Source: Lama glama
Taxonomy: Eukaryota
Direction: 5' to 3'
DNA length: 64,000 nucleotides
NCBI GenBank assembly: GCA_028534125.1
Contig: CM052816.1
Span: 28,894,001-28,958,000, forward strand
Each line of letters opens with the position of its first letter. The first letter of the stretch is position 1. Below the pieces are notes generated by a model that saw only the letters and a program-made list of their open reading frames with translations, did not search any database and was not told the DNA's origin. Shown in pieces: positions 10,336 through 23,745 of the stretch. The position numbers were made by a program, and so were the translations under genes.

Positions 10336-13294
10336 TTAGAAGTTGCATAGCATAATTTTAGATTTACCAAAACTTCAGTATACTTCTACTCAGCAAGATG
10401 CAGAATCCCATTTCCTTCTACCCTAATCATCATATGTTGATGAAGACTGACTGCCAATGTGCATAATAAATAAATAGTGAATAAGTTAAAAAAATTTGAA
10501 ATCTATCATCATAGTTAGCTATCTATATAATAGCACAAACCTTGAGAAGGATACAACCAGTAAATCTACTGGTTGGTTAATTAAGCATTTGTGGGTGTGC
10601 TATGGAATAAAAACTACTCATTCATATGAACGTACTTTGTTGCTATGGTAAACACCACCTAGCCATGAAGTAGGAAGCTAATTCTCGCATGGTATTAAGC
10701 TACTTCACAAAATGACACAGTAAGATTTCAAATAGAGCCATCTGTCACAAATGTAATCTCAGTGGTTAAAGCTGGACATTTTTCACAAATAGATAATGCT
10801 CTGGTCCTGGATTAGAATTTCGATACCCAGCTATTAGATATGGGTTTAGAGATTATAAAAACATCCCAAGGGCCTATACCATCTGTCACAGATATCAGTA
10901 GCTAAAGGGAACTAAATGTGGTGCATAACACAGCACAACACATATCAGCTATATTTAGATCATGAGAATATAGTCTGATGAAATCAATGTCCAACAGAAA
11001 AGCACACACAGCTGGTGATACATGCCAAGGAGAGCTTCAGCATGAGTTAGGTATGTGTGTACAGCTCTGTGAACTTAATGCAGCGCATGATTAATGCTAG
11101 GACCTTCCACTTGAGCCATTTTCTCAAACTCCCTTTCCTTTATCGGGTTGCATTAGTTGGATATATTTCCCTTAAAATAGTCATTAAAGGAAAGTTAAAT
11201 GAGTGCACCCTTTAAAAAAGTCAAGGACTGTTTATAGATTTGAACCAATTCTGAACAGATTCAGAATTAATAGAGATGGGTGTATAATGGAGATTAAAAT
11301 ATTAATTTTGTGGTGGACAAAGACCAGGTTGGAGAAAACGACTTAGGTGAGCAGTAAAAAGTGTAAAAAGTAAAGAATGTTGTCTAAGGCTGAACTTCAG
11401 AACTCAACTTTCACTGGCTAAATCCTGAAAAAAGAAGAAAAAAATGCATTCAAAATGCAATTTTTTGATTATGTCATAACCTGAATACTAGCTTACAAAC
11501 ACATCTGGATCTCTGCTTTTTTTTCATGAGAACAATTAATGAAACAAGAAAAAGCTGACAGTGACTGAGAAGTTCACAAGGAACTGAGAGAGAAGTAGTG
11601 CCACTTTCATCTATTGCCCAAGCCATACGTGATACCAATTGACACCAGTTTCAATCACTATCAAAGTGCGTGCAAATTCAGACAGAAAGTGTGTGTGATA
11701 CACAATGTTCCCCTGGGCACTGCTTGGGATCAAGGATTGTTTGCTCAGAAATGATAAAGACAAATAAAGACCCCTCTAAAGACAGACAGATATTCCATTC
11801 TCTCTCACGTCGGTCAGCTGTTTATGCAATGTGATATATTTTAGGAGGACACAGAATTTTACGTTTTGAAACAAAAGAAGATGCCATCATCTTTGAGCAG
11901 TGTGGGTTCACGGTTTATTAAGCCAGCAAGAACAGTCTGTCTCCTCCTCAATTCTGTAGAATCCAGGAGTTCAAAGGCCAAACTTCTGATTTAGATTAGG
12001 GGTTTCCACATGACAAGGCAATGTCAGTTCCTAAAGCAAGCCAACTATAAATAAAGGGCCTAATAGATTTCCTGAATTCCATAAACAACACAGAATTTTT
12101 GAATAAAAAACAGATTTTAAACATATCTGGTCTCATTTCTGCAGCATTTATGATTTTAGGGGAAAAATATTTGATACATACTGTGAGCAACTTCTAAAAT
12201 GCTGGTTCCAGACATCTGTAGATAATAATGGCCATAGATATGCAGCAATGGGCCCATTCCAAGAAAGCCCAGCATCTGGTGACAGAGGCCTTTACTCTCT
12301 TCTCCTGGAGCTTCTAGAACCCTGATAAACAACTTTCTCAGGACACCTCTTTATACACCTGTACCCTTGTCTTTCCTTGAACTTAAATTCTTAAAGGAAT
12401 GGAACTTTTTTTTTCTTTTTATTTCAAAACACTCTATCACCAACTTTTACTTGTGCCCTGCCTCATTCAAAAGTGGCTTTTAGAAAATGTACCTCAAAGA
12501 GCATAAATACAGCAAGAATAACATTTTAAAAAAATAAGGACCAAAGACAGAAAGAAAAATTAAATTACTGGGCCAAATCATTGATTTATAATTACTGTGA
12601 GGATGCTATATTTGGCTCTATGATTCCTGCTACATGAGATAAATTATTTTTTTCCATTATCAAAATCAAGGATAAATCCTGGCTCTAGGTTGTTGTTCTA
12701 CTGTCTGCTGTTTAATTAACTCAGACAATCAGAAGTCTACCTTTATTTTGTCCCCTAACAGAATCACCCCCATTAAGATGTACTTTAATGTTATGCCCTT
12801 GGTTTTGTCAAGTTATTAACAAAAAGTACCTATATGAAAAGAAATTCTTCCTTTCAATATACAGTATGCCACTGAATGTTTATTATTCAAAGATAAAGGT
12901 AAGAAATTTTAAATTTCAGTATCATTAAAGTCTTTTTATATGAGGATGGTATTAATAAATTAGTATGGATCCTTGAGTTTGAAAATCAAATGATTGGGTA
13001 TCGATGGCATTCTGTTATCTGTATTCATATACCATTAATCTCATTTTATAGCCATATTCCATTGTAACTGGATCATTTTGAAAGCTTTTTTAACAGGTTA
13101 CTAAACTTCATTTTCCAAAGGTCAGCCAGCATTGCTGAAGTTAGAATTTCATAAGAAAACATTTGCTATATTAAAAGAAAATATTGTACAGAAAGAGTGG
13201 AAAGACAATTCCTAAAGGAGTAAGATTCTAATACATAGCTAGTAGAGATTGACGCTATTTCTGTTGACATTTCTAGATTCAGAGGATATTTTTG

Positions 13295-13475
13295 CTGTCA
13301 TGGATCTTAAAGACATGCAAACTACCTCCTCACTTTACAGAAGAGAGAAAAAAAAAAAAACTGAGGCACAGACAGGTTAAGTGTCTTGCCCAAAGTTGCA
13401 TAAGCAACTAGTAGGAAAATCCAGACTAGAACCTAAGTACTTGAATTGAGGGACAATAATATTCTTCCCACTGCA
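13295..13475 (-). mobile_element. MIR SINE with an expanded internal A-run
   Basis: cctcactttacagaagagag(a)nctgaggcacagacaggttaagtgtcttgcccaaagttgca. Confidence 0.85.
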
Positions 13476-13889
13476 GAATTCTCAACTCATCCTAACCCCA
13501 AAACAGTTGTAGGAGAGATCTATCCCCCCAAAATGACCCCATTCAACTCAAATCCAAGTAGAAGGGACTCCTGGATTGTCTCTTTCAAGTTTTAAACTGG
13601 ATCTAATTTCTAAGAATGGTAGAATTTTTTTAAGTATGTAAAGATATAGTTTGGAGGCTCCCAAATTTTCAAATTCAATATAGTTAAAAATTAATATGTT
13701 ATATTCTTTATAGTCAGACAATAAGACCAATATACTCTCTTGAATGAGCCAAAGAAGACAAAGAGACAACAGTGGTAATGCTTTCAATAATTTTTATCAA
13801 ATTAAGTAATCAGATGGTTCAATCAATATGACTAATTAATATCACTTATCATTGGAGCAATTAAAATGGATCAGTCACAACATGTATGT

Positions 13890-13994
13890 AGCCCTTCCTT
13901 ATATCCCTTCACAGAGCTGTTCCTTGGTATTGTGCACATGCGTCTATTGCACTTACCACATTTGTTTGTAATTCATTTCTTTTATCACACTACT
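13890..13994 (+). mobile_element. L2 3' fragment
   Basis: ctattgcacttaccacatttgtttgtaattcatttct...cacactact. Confidence 0.45.
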
Positions 13995-14010
13995 AAAAAG
14001 AAAATAATCT

Positions 14011-14812
14011 AGAGAAATGCACATCAAAACTATAATGAGGTATCACCTCACACCAGTCAGTATGGCCATCATTAAAAAGTCTACAAATAATAAATGTTGG
14101 AGAAGGTGTGAAAAAAGGGGGCTCTCCTACACTGTTGGTGGGGATATAAATTGATGCAGCCACTATGGAAAACAGTATGGAGGTTCCTTAAAACACTAAA
14201 AATAAAGTTGCCATATGATCCAGCAATCCCGCTTCTGAGCATGTATCTAAGAAAAAACTCTAATTCGAAAGATATCTGCACCCTCAATGTTCCTAGCAGC
14301 ATTATTTACAATAGCCAAGACATGGAAGCAACCTAAATGTCCATCAACAGATTACTGAATTAAAAAGGTTGTGGACTACTACTCAGTCATAAAAAAGAAT
14401 AAAATAATGCCATTTCCAGCAACATGAATGGGCGTGGAGTCTGTCATACTAAGTCAGAAAGAGGACAAGCACCATATGATGTTATTTATATGTGGAATCT
14501 CAAATATGATACAAACTCACTTACAAAACAAAAATAGACTCACAGACATAGAAAACAAACTTATGGTTGCCAGGTGGCAAAGAGGGTAGAAAGGGATAAA
14601 TGGGGAGTTCGAGATTTGCAAATACTAAGCACTACATATAAAATAAAAAACAAGTTTATACTTTACAGTACAGGGAACTATATTCAATATTTTGCATTAA
14701 CCTATAATGAAAATGAATATATGTATGACTGAACTATTATGCTGTACACCAGAAATTGACACAACATTGTAAACCGACTATACTTTTAATTTTTAAAAAA
14801 GTTAAAAAAAAA
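14011..14812 (+). mobile_element. Relatively young 5'-truncated L1 (camelid-type 3' UTR) with A-tail and target-site duplication
   Basis: [34 protein letters not shown] is the L1 ORF2 C-terminus; TSD aaaaagaaaataatct (13995-14010) versus aaaaagaaaacaaact (14808-14823). Confidence 0.93.
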
Positions 14813-15075
14813 GAAAACAAACTAATGATTACTAAAGGGGAAAGAGGTTAGGGAAGAGATAAATTAGGAGTTTGGGATCAGCAAATATAAACTACTATAT
14901 ATAAAACTGATTAAAAACCACAGCCCTACTGGATAGCACAGGGAACTATATTCAATACCCTGTAATAAACCATAATGGAAAAGAATATATATGTATATGT
15001 AACTGAACCACTTTGCTGTATACCAGAAACTAACAAACATAACATTGTAAATCAACTATACGTCAATAAAAAAGA
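14813..15075 (+). mobile_element. Second, older L1 3'-end fragment
   Basis: gataaattaggagtttgggatcagc...atagcacagggaactatattcaata...tgtaaatcaactatacgtcaataaaaaaga. Confidence 0.88.
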
Positions 15076-15144
15076 TACATATGACAACCAAAGACCAAGT
15101 AATAATAATAATCCTTATATCATCAAATCATGTAATATTTTTCT

Positions 15145-16010
15145 GTTTCATTTTGCTTAATAAAATATTTGATGATCACCTACCTCATTTTAAGCACCAT
15201 ATTAGCTACTGAGCTACTGAGCTTTGGGATTTTATGGGTGAAATATATATAACATATTTATTCATATCATTGGTGTGACAGATAGATGCACAAAAAGTAC
15301 TGAGGAGGACCATGAAAGGCTTAGGGGTCACTACAAAAGTAGTAAGTACATTTGAGCCTAAAAATCGTAGGCAGGAAAAGCCAGGGAAAGTGGAAAGAAG
15401 AGTGTTCTAGGGAAAGAAAATATGCAAAAAATGTACAGAAGAAGCATGAAAAGTCATTTTGCAGTGCAAGGTAGGACAGCTTAGGAAGGCAAAAAATTGT
15501 CAATAGTATTAGAACAGTAACTCTCAATCTTTGGTGACTAGCAGAATCCCGTGGAGAACTAAGAAAGCATGCAAAAGATCAAGCTTGTGGAAATACAAGA
15601 GAACACAGATTTTATCAAGTCCTTAGGTGGTTCTGATACACACCAAATTTTGAGAACAACTGTGTTAGCGCATAAAGTGCTAGATGACGAAGGCATGCGA
15701 AAGGACAAGGTAGAAAAAGCAGGCCAAGGAGGGGTAAGAATTACATTCTAGGTTAAAGTCAGTCACATGTCAATCTCTACGTTAAAAAGAAGCTAACCCA
15801 TAGCATACTCCAGTAGTAGAGAGGTAACATAAATATTCTTGCATTTTGGATTAATTATTTTAACTGTAAATAAAATACATTTGAGAGGGAAAGAAAAATC
15901 AGAGAAAAGAGCAATTAACAGTCCATCACAGTAGCACAGGGGAAAGAGGATGAGGACCTACTTGAGGGCTGGGGCTGTAGACATGAACTGGGAAAACACT
16001 GTAGCAATAT
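15145..16010 (-). mobile_element. L2 LINE fragments interrupted by a MER5
   Basis: aataaaatatttgatgatcacctacc...; later gtccatcacagtagcacaggggaaagaggatgaggacc. Confidence 0.55.
15515..15662. mobile_element. MER5-family hAT-Charlie MITE
   Basis: Terminal inverted ends cagtaactctcaatctt... and ...aggtggttctgatacacaccaaattttgagaacaactg. Confidence 0.75.
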
Positions 16011-16244
16011 TAAGTCATCAACTTGTATTTAGTAAAATCCAGGACAGGTTTATGGAGTACATGTCACGATTGAGTGTGAGTAAATTCAGAATCCCTCAAT
16101 TTACTAAATTATAGAGAACTAAAACTGAAAATAAACCTACAGAACAGACATTAAATAAAAACTGATGAATCCATTATAGTCAGCCGATAAGAGCTTATAG
16201 GACTGCAACAAAAAGTGGGTATCTGAATGGAACCTATTTTTAAG

Positions 16245-16800
16245 TTAATTTTTTTTTAAATATACTTAATGCGCACAAAGAATATGTCTTGATTGAATAA
16301 AGAATGACAAAACAAAGACCTGAGTACTCATCGTTCCAATTAAGAAACAGAACATCACCAATACATTTTGAGCCTCTGTGCCCCATCCCCACCATCATAT
16401 CCCTTCACTTTCCCATCACCCCCAAGGTAATCATTCTTCTAAAAATTGTGCTTATAATTTTGTATTCTTTATGGTTTAATGACAATGGATGTATCGCATA
16501 CAATGCCGTCTAGTTTTATTCGTTGTATGTTTTATAAAATTACTGTTGTACTTAATGTCCCCCAGAGCTAGCTCTTTTCCCTCAACTTGTGTTTGAGATG
16601 ATTTTCATGTACAATGTTTCTGTTCATTTTCATTTTGCTGAGCAATCTATTGTATGAAGACATCACTAATTGTTTAACCATTCTCCTGCCATTAGACATG
16701 AGTTGTTTCCAATTTTTCTTTATCATAAACTTTTTATTTTTACTATTCTTGCATATGTCTCCTAGAGAACACATAAAAGAGTTTCCTCTAGGATGGTGGC
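16245..16800 (-). mobile_element. Old L1 (L1ME/L1MC) 3' region
   Basis: aagaaacagaacatcaccaatac...ggtaatcattcttct...gtttgagatgattttcatgt...gttgtttccaatttttc. Confidence 0.75.
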
Positions 16801-16809
16801 TTTTTTTTT

Positions 16810-17070
16810 GATGGAAACTCATTATATGGCAGCATAGTACACCCACGTACAGACACATGCATGTGTGCACCCATGTAACCTAAACAAATTCTTCTTGAAA
16901 CGAGAGTTACCCTAACTATTTAGACACGTTCTACCATTTCCTAATTTACTGTATTCTACTATAATGTGTATTATTATTTTTCATTTTAACACGCTGGTAA
17001 TTTGTTGCTAAGTTAATTTAAAACCTCCTAAACGGGGGTAGTAACCTATGCTCTGAAAATCACTGCTCCA
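16810..17070. mobile_element. Probable hAT-Charlie DNA transposon fragment
   Basis: Ends ...acctatgctctgaaaatcactg, resembling a Charlie/MER terminal repeat; subfamily unresolved. Confidence 0.35.
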
Positions 17071-20000
17071 GAGTGTTAACCTAGGAAACAAAAAAATTGC
17101 TGGATGTTAGACATATGTATGTTCTAAGCTTTATAATATATATTGATATATACATATAGGCATATATACAGATAGGCATATATACCCCTAATAATTTCTA
17201 TTTTTACAAAATTAGAAAACATTCTATGCCTAATAAATATAATCACTTTTACTTGCATTAAAAAATAAAAACACATTTTAGCATAGCTCCTAAATCTTTT
17301 ATACTCCAAAGCCCCCAAAAATTGTCAGTAAATTATATTTGTTTTGTTGTGTTTTTGCATTTTAGGTAGTTCAAAGAAATTTTTTGAATGACAGCAGATT
17401 TTATAGATTTTGTAGTAAACTTTGACATTTCACAAAATTGCATTTATCAGGATGCTGAAAGTCAATGGTTTCTAATCATTTACAACCCTCTTGGGGAAAA
17501 GAAGATTCATGCATAAACATGTAACTGCTCATTCTATGCCATATAACAGGACTCTCTAACACACATGTGTTTGAATGAGAGTGAAAATAACAGTCATACA
17601 ATTTGGTGATGATTCTTTTTGTTTGGTTTGCAATCGTATACCACGTTTACAATTTTATAGCATGTTTATCTTTTCATAGTCTGCTGGAAAATATGCATTC
17701 CACATTTGTAAATACAATTCTGCCTTAACTTGTCAGACTCTGCATGTGTGTTTTCAAATCAAAATCTTTTAAATAAGCCAGAAATACAAATCTACTAAGG
17801 AGTATTTAATTTTCTTATAAGATCCTTATAAACAAAAATTTAAAACTCTTCTTTCTCAGTAGCATCTTTTTTCCCACTTTCCTCTTTTCATAACTGAGTC
17901 TCATGCCTCCACATCAACATTCTGGCACATCTCTAATTATAAGGAAGACTACAGTTCTTTCTTTGCTTCATATTTAGAAATTATTTTTAGATGCTGGCTT
18001 TTACATGCATCTTTCTTTTTTAAAGTGATTCTTTCATCTAAAATCAGAGATACAATTTCAAGCTAATGTTGCCTAACTAAAAATACAGGAGAATACAGGA
18101 CTTTATATTTACATCATATGAAATAGTGGAAAACATTTTACTGGATGGAAAATGACCAGTCAACCCAAGTTAGAAAATCCAGAGAGAACGTGTTTCAGAG
18201 CCTCTCAGTATATATTGTGTTTGGTTATACTGACCTTTTTCCTTGGGGAATGTGGGGTTTTAAGTTCTCAAATAAAATATCCAAGTGAAATTCTGAAACT
18301 GAAAATCTACCTTAACAAAGATCAGTTTCACATTTCTGGATTCAGAAATTCATTTCTGAATTCTAGATACTGACTGCTTATTTCCAAATATTTCACTTTA
18401 TTGAAGGTTCAGATTATCCCCTAATGTGACTAAGGCGCTCTCCTGTGGGTATGGCAGGCTCAGAAATCAACCAAAGCAAAGACTCTGTGCACGTGGAAAA
18501 TGAAAATTATCTGTCTGCATTTAAGAATACTCTTAATCTAACTCAATGTCTCTATAATGCAAAAGTTAGATTTGCTTTCTAGTTTATAGCTGTTTTCTAA
18601 GCCATTGCTTTACATCTTTTAGTTCAATGCAAAGTTTCAATCAACTTTATACCTGGTGGGCAGTCATTGAAGAACCATGGCAGAACACAGAATGAGATCA
18701 AAGAAACATGCTGGAAGGACATAGCCCAGTGGTCGATAGTTTAAACAAGGAAATGAAACTAGGGCAAGAGAAATTGTCTAAATTTACTCAGTTCAGTTTA
18801 ATTTCCTAGATGAAATTTCCAGTGGCAATTGAGTTCAATTCCATCACTATCAATGAACTTTAAAAAAATTTCTCCAGGTTCAATATGCAATCTAAGCTTC
18901 AAATCAGAACATAAATTAAATTAATGGTATTCCTTCTCATTGCATTAGTTTGATTTAAGTAGGATCTGAAATATTTCTTATAGCAGATAATTCCAGTTCA
19001 TCTTCTCAATGTGCAAACAAAACTGAGTTCTTTTGTCAACCTATAGCATGTAACACATTTATGGTCATCATACTTTATTCAACTCATGTATCTTTGTTCA
19101 AATATTAAATCATTCCTTACTACCTAGCATAAAATAGATGTTGGCTTATTTTGACTGTAGGGTGGCAAATTAATACAAGCAAGTTCAGTTATTAATTCTC
19201 CTGACAGGTATCTCACTTCCAAAGTAAGGCAGAACACTTTTCAAAATACATATTTCAAATTTGTCTTATCAGTTTCTGAAAGTACCACCTCCTTAATTTA
19301 CAGCAATTATTTCAATGACCATTTGTCAGCCCTCTTTCTCCTGACTAGTGACACGTGTGAGGACTCAACGCTGCCCCATATCCTTCCAGCATATGTTTCT
19401 CTGACCTCATTCTGTCCTGTCAGGGGTCTTCAATGGATGTCCAGTAGGGTACAGCAATTGAAGAGACAAGTATAAAGTTGATTGAAATATACATGTGCTC
19501 CAAGGAAACCAAAATCAAAAAGCATTTCTCCCTAGACAATTGATCCTATCATTTTGTCTCCCACATATTTTAGGCTTAATATGATCCAGGAGAAAGGGAT
19601 AACTACAACCTAAGTAACGGCATTATTGAACATTGAAATGAAAAGCTATAAAATGTCCTCCTTCCTGTAAGAAAAAAGAAAATCACAAACAAATCAGAGG
19701 CCTTATAGGAGCATCATACAGCAAAGACATTCCCTAAAGCAGGCTACTTGACATTCAAGACATTTTTTAGTTTAAAAAAAGGATAAAGAATAGTCTCTGT
19801 AACATTTAATGACACCTCCTTTATCTTGTAGGAGATCATCAGATAAAAACACCAACAACAAAACATATCTTCGGTAATAATCCTTAAGGATATCACTTGT
19901 AGTCATCATGGGAAAAAATAGATTATCATGACTAATTTCTTTCGGTTGTTAACTCCAGCAACATTCCACACAACTCTCTAAATAAAAGTGTGTATTTTTT

Positions 20001-20799
20001 CAACCAACATATATTTTCTAAACTGGTAGAAGTTTATGTGACTCAAGTAAAGGGAAGCAACACTGGGTGTAAAACTATTTTTTCCAACAGCAATTTTCTT
20101 GCTGCCAGATTTCCTCTGGTAGCCTCTTCCCATTCCCAACACCCACTTAGAGTCCCCAGCATCAGAACAACTACAACAGGTTCAGAACTAAACTAGCTAG
20201 ACTTTTTATTGTCAAAATTGGCTTGTATCTTACTCACTCATTAAATAAGCTCATTAGAATTTTCATATTAAATATTGTTCTATTACATTTTCATTATATT
20301 CCTACTAGCAAAGCCCAAAATACAAATGCAGTGAGCTATTGATAAGGAGACAGTCTCTTCTATTCTAATTCTACTTCAGACCCAGCCCTCCTGTGCCAGC
20401 ACCTAGCCTTATCTCTGTGATCTCCTTCTTATCTCGCTAAGTAGTGTCTCTAATTACAATTAAGGTACATGTTTACATAACTTAGATTTTTTAACATTTT
20501 GCCTTCATCCAGGGTTAAGATTCTTTCCTATGACTTCCTCTTTCTTCATTCTGTCCAAGGCCAAGAATACTCCTACTAAACCTCAGAAAAATCTCACTTA
20601 ACCCAACTCTGGGCCACCCTACAGATCCCACAACAGCTAAAAATCTCTCATCACAAAGCCTTGGGAAAATGGAGTCCATATTCCTACATAACAGGTAAGA
20701 TTTGAAGCCATGCTAGAAAACTTCCCCCAGTCAAGAATATTCCCATCCAATCCTACAGGCCAGTCAACCAGTTCTTGAGAAGAAGAGAAAATTCTGTAT

Positions 20800-21010
20800 A
20801 ATGGAGAAAGCCTGGCGCTGAAGTCAGTTCTGGCTATATTTCCCTGCTGTGAATACCAGCTTCTTTGCTTCCTAATGAGCAAGAGTGGACAAGTTACTAA
20901 ACTTCTGAGCCTCAATTTCCTTTCCAAAAATTGGAGACTCTAATGCCTACCTTGCAAATTTGGTGCAATCGTAGGCAATGTGTGTAATCTGAAGACATAC
21001 TATTGTTACT
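20800..21010 (+). mobile_element. MIR SINE
   Basis: ggacaagttactaaacttctgagcctcaatttcctttccaaaaattggagactctaatgcctaccttgca. Confidence 0.85.
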
Positions 21011-21229
21011 ATTGTATTCTAACACTTTAAAGAAAACGAGTTTGCAAGATTCCTCTTCTTGCATCCAGGATAGATTTGGGACAATGTAAGATTCCTTGAT
21101 AAATGGTGTGAGAAGCAAAATGGGTGACAACGAAGAAAGGGAAAATAAAATAGTTCAAAAGGTATATGAGAGATACCAAAAACTACAAAGTCTACTATAC
21201 TGCTCTTACCATCAGAAGTAAAAGTCAGA

Positions 21230-21630
21230 CAACATCTACTAAGTTCCTAATATAAACCAACCACGCTCCCAGAAATTTTTCTTATATTGAAATATATGAA
21301 TGAATTAATTGAATACTTCATAGCCAGTTAAAGTGCATGATATCTTCATCTTACAAAAACAAAATCTTGAATCTCAGAAATTTTAATTAACTTTATAAGT
21401 TCTCACAACTGCTCAGAGTCCAGGCCTTGCTCACTCTAACATTCATTACCTTTCTGCTGTCATATCATCTTCCAGCCAGAGATCGAGTGCTGGCTCTGCT
21501 TGAACTTTGGCAAGGCACTTATGATGAGCTTTCCTCAACTGCAAAATGTCTGTAATACCTGCTTACCTCAGTGGGGTGACATACAAATAAAATTAAATAT
21601 TGTATATGAGTGAGCAAGTTGTTACCAAGG
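21230..21630. mobile_element. Two adjacent MIR fragments (minus, then plus)
   Basis: catcttacaaaaacaaaatcttgaatctcagaaa; then ctttggcaaggcactta...tttcctcaactgcaaaatgtctgtaatacctgcttacctca. Confidence 0.55.
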
Positions 21631-21764
21631 AAAATATTAACTTAATATCATTAACATAAAAAAACTGCCAGATTAAAAAAAACGACCCCATAGTTCTCTG
21701 ATCTTCCGTTTTACACTGTGATCCCATCCCTCATATCCCATTTCAGTCCTGCCATCTTGACTTC

Positions 21765-22080
21765 TTCATTTAGAAAATATATTGTGACTATCCACTACAT
21801 TCTAGGGAATTTCATCCATGTCTACCTTCAGGGAATTCAAATCCATTGATGGAGAGAAATACAGAATTGCACATTATAGCTCAAAATGTTAAGACATACT
21901 GAGGCATGAACTCGAGTCTGTGAGAACACAGTAAAGGTATATCTCTGCCTGAAGAAAATGCAGAAGTCTCTCACAGAGGGAGACATATGTGAACTGTCAC
22001 TGAAGGAAGACTAAGTAGCTGCCACATGGATAAGAAAAGGACATTCTAAGTTAAAACTAGGAAATCTCTTTTAAAGAATC
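21765..22080 (-). mobile_element. L2 LINE fragment
   Basis: ttcatttagaaaatatattg...tgtctaccttcagggaattcaaatc...ctgtgagaacacag. Confidence 0.55.
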
Positions 22081-22281
22081 ATTTTGCTCCTGGCAAGAAA
22101 TTCTGTGATACTTTCCCTCATGATCAGCTGGGAAAAGTGATTACATTTGGAGAGGCCTGAATACTGGGATCCAAGTATTTTGAATGAATAATTTTATTTG
22201 CCAGAAATTGTGCATTTAAGTGTAAGGAGTGATTATAAGAGAATCTATCTTGAGTTGTGTTAATGAATGCCTGTGTTAGGT

Positions 22282-22820
22282 TGGTGGTAAGGGAAGAATT
22301 TCTGAAATAATCCCTCAAAAATGTCACATCCTAGTCACTGGAACCTGGGCAAAGGTTGACTTTTAAGAAAGAAATTATCCAGGTGGGCCCAATGTAATCA
22401 CATGAGCCTTAGAAGCAGAGAACTTCCTTGGGCTGGCAGCAGACGAGAAAGTCAGAGAGACTAGCAGAATGAGAAAGACTCAGTGTGCCACTGCTGATCT
22501 GAAGATGTCAAGTGGAAGGAAATGTGAACAGCCTCTAAGAGCAAAGAGCAGACACCAGCTGATGGCCAGCAAGAAAACGGGGCCTCAGACCTACAGCCAC
22601 AAGGCACTGGACTCTGCCAACAACCTAAATGAACTTAGAAGCAAACTCTTCCCTCAAGACTTCAGAAAAGCCCAGCCAGGCCAACACGTTGATTTTGGCC
22701 ACGTGAGACCAGAGAACCCAGTCAGTCCTACCTAGACTTTCAACCTACAGAAGATAATGGGTGTTGTTTTAAGTCACTAAATCTGCAGTGAATTTTTACT
22801 CAGCAATAGAAAACTAATAT
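22282..22820 (+). mobile_element. MLT1 (MLT1E/D-like) MaLR solo LTR, near full length
   Basis: attatccaggtgggcccaatgtaatcaca...gccagcaagaaaacggggcctcagacctacagccacaagg...gttgttttaagtcactaaat...cagcaatagaaaactaata. Confidence 0.9.
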
Positions 22821-23429
22821 ATTTAACAACTTCAAAAGCCTATGAAAAGGAAAAGTTTATTGTTTCAAGGATTTGCAGTGCTTTTTAAAGAGAGCTCTTA
22901 ATATAAATAAAAGCGACTGGCTCCTCCTTTACTGGGAGGAGGAGGTGGCAAGGGTGCATATTCTGTCACCAGTGGTAATCAGTGGCATCATAATGCTCCA
23001 CATGAGTAGCTATATTGCCCTCAGGAAAATAAGGCAAAGTCTTGGATATACCCTTCAATTCTCGTTTTACTTCTCCAGAGTTTAGCCAGTAGGGCCTTCC
23101 CCCTTCCAGCCAAATGCTTAGATGTGACTTAGAGTCTGGGAGTCCAAGACCCTCTTGTCCAATTCACCCACTCTTCTCTACTTGCTGCACCAAAATAGAA
23201 GGTTTAAAGCATGATCTAGGTAGAGACTCTTGGTAGTAGCATCCATAACATTTTTTCCTGTGGAAATCAGGAAGTCATAATGCCTCAGCAAGAAGGGATA
23301 CAGTCGCAAGTTTCAACATAAGAGTGAACTGTGCCCAGATTCTCCTTTTAAAGGAAACCTAAAACAAAGAAAAGAATTTCAGGTAAAGGAAACAAAATAA
23401 GCAAATAATGGAAATGACCCAAAAATGTA

Positions 23430-23745
23430 TACTCTTCATGGAATTATAAGAAATTGGAATGCAATGTGGGTACGAGGTTAAGAAATGAGGCTAATGAGAT
23501 GGCCAGGGGCTAGATGATAATGGGCCTGAAAAGCAGTGGAAGTAGCAGCATTGGATTTTTGTTTAAATAGAGGATTCTGGTCATAGTATGGCAAAAAAAA
23601 AATGTAGAGGGGCAAGAATGAAAGTAAGATTAATAAGGGTCTATCAGAGCTATCTAGATGAGAGATGAAGCTGACTTGGCCTAGCTTGTTTGCATTAGTC
23701 AAAAATGCTCTCATCCAAGATATATCTTGAAGACAGATCTAAAAC
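23430..23745 (-). mobile_element. L2 LINE internal fragment
   Basis: gaaatgaggctaatgagatggccaggggctagatgataatgggcctg...atctagatgagagatga. Confidence 0.6.

Noticed and set aside
10755..10835. tRNA A/B-box-like words (agtggttaaagc ... ttcgataccc)
   Set aside because: No cloverleaf and wrong spacing; not a supportable tRNA or SINE.
11844..11921. Plus-strand peptide GGHRILRFETKEDAIIFEQCGFTVY, faintly like the NDUFS4 motif F.TKEDA..F
   Set aside because: Only a few residues match, with no flanking similarity or pseudogene hallmarks; likely chance.
18340..18361. Short perfect inverted repeats (also near 11248, 42384 and 53581)
   Set aside because: Arms of 9-10 bp with tiny loops are expected in AT-rich DNA and too short for miRNA-type hairpins.
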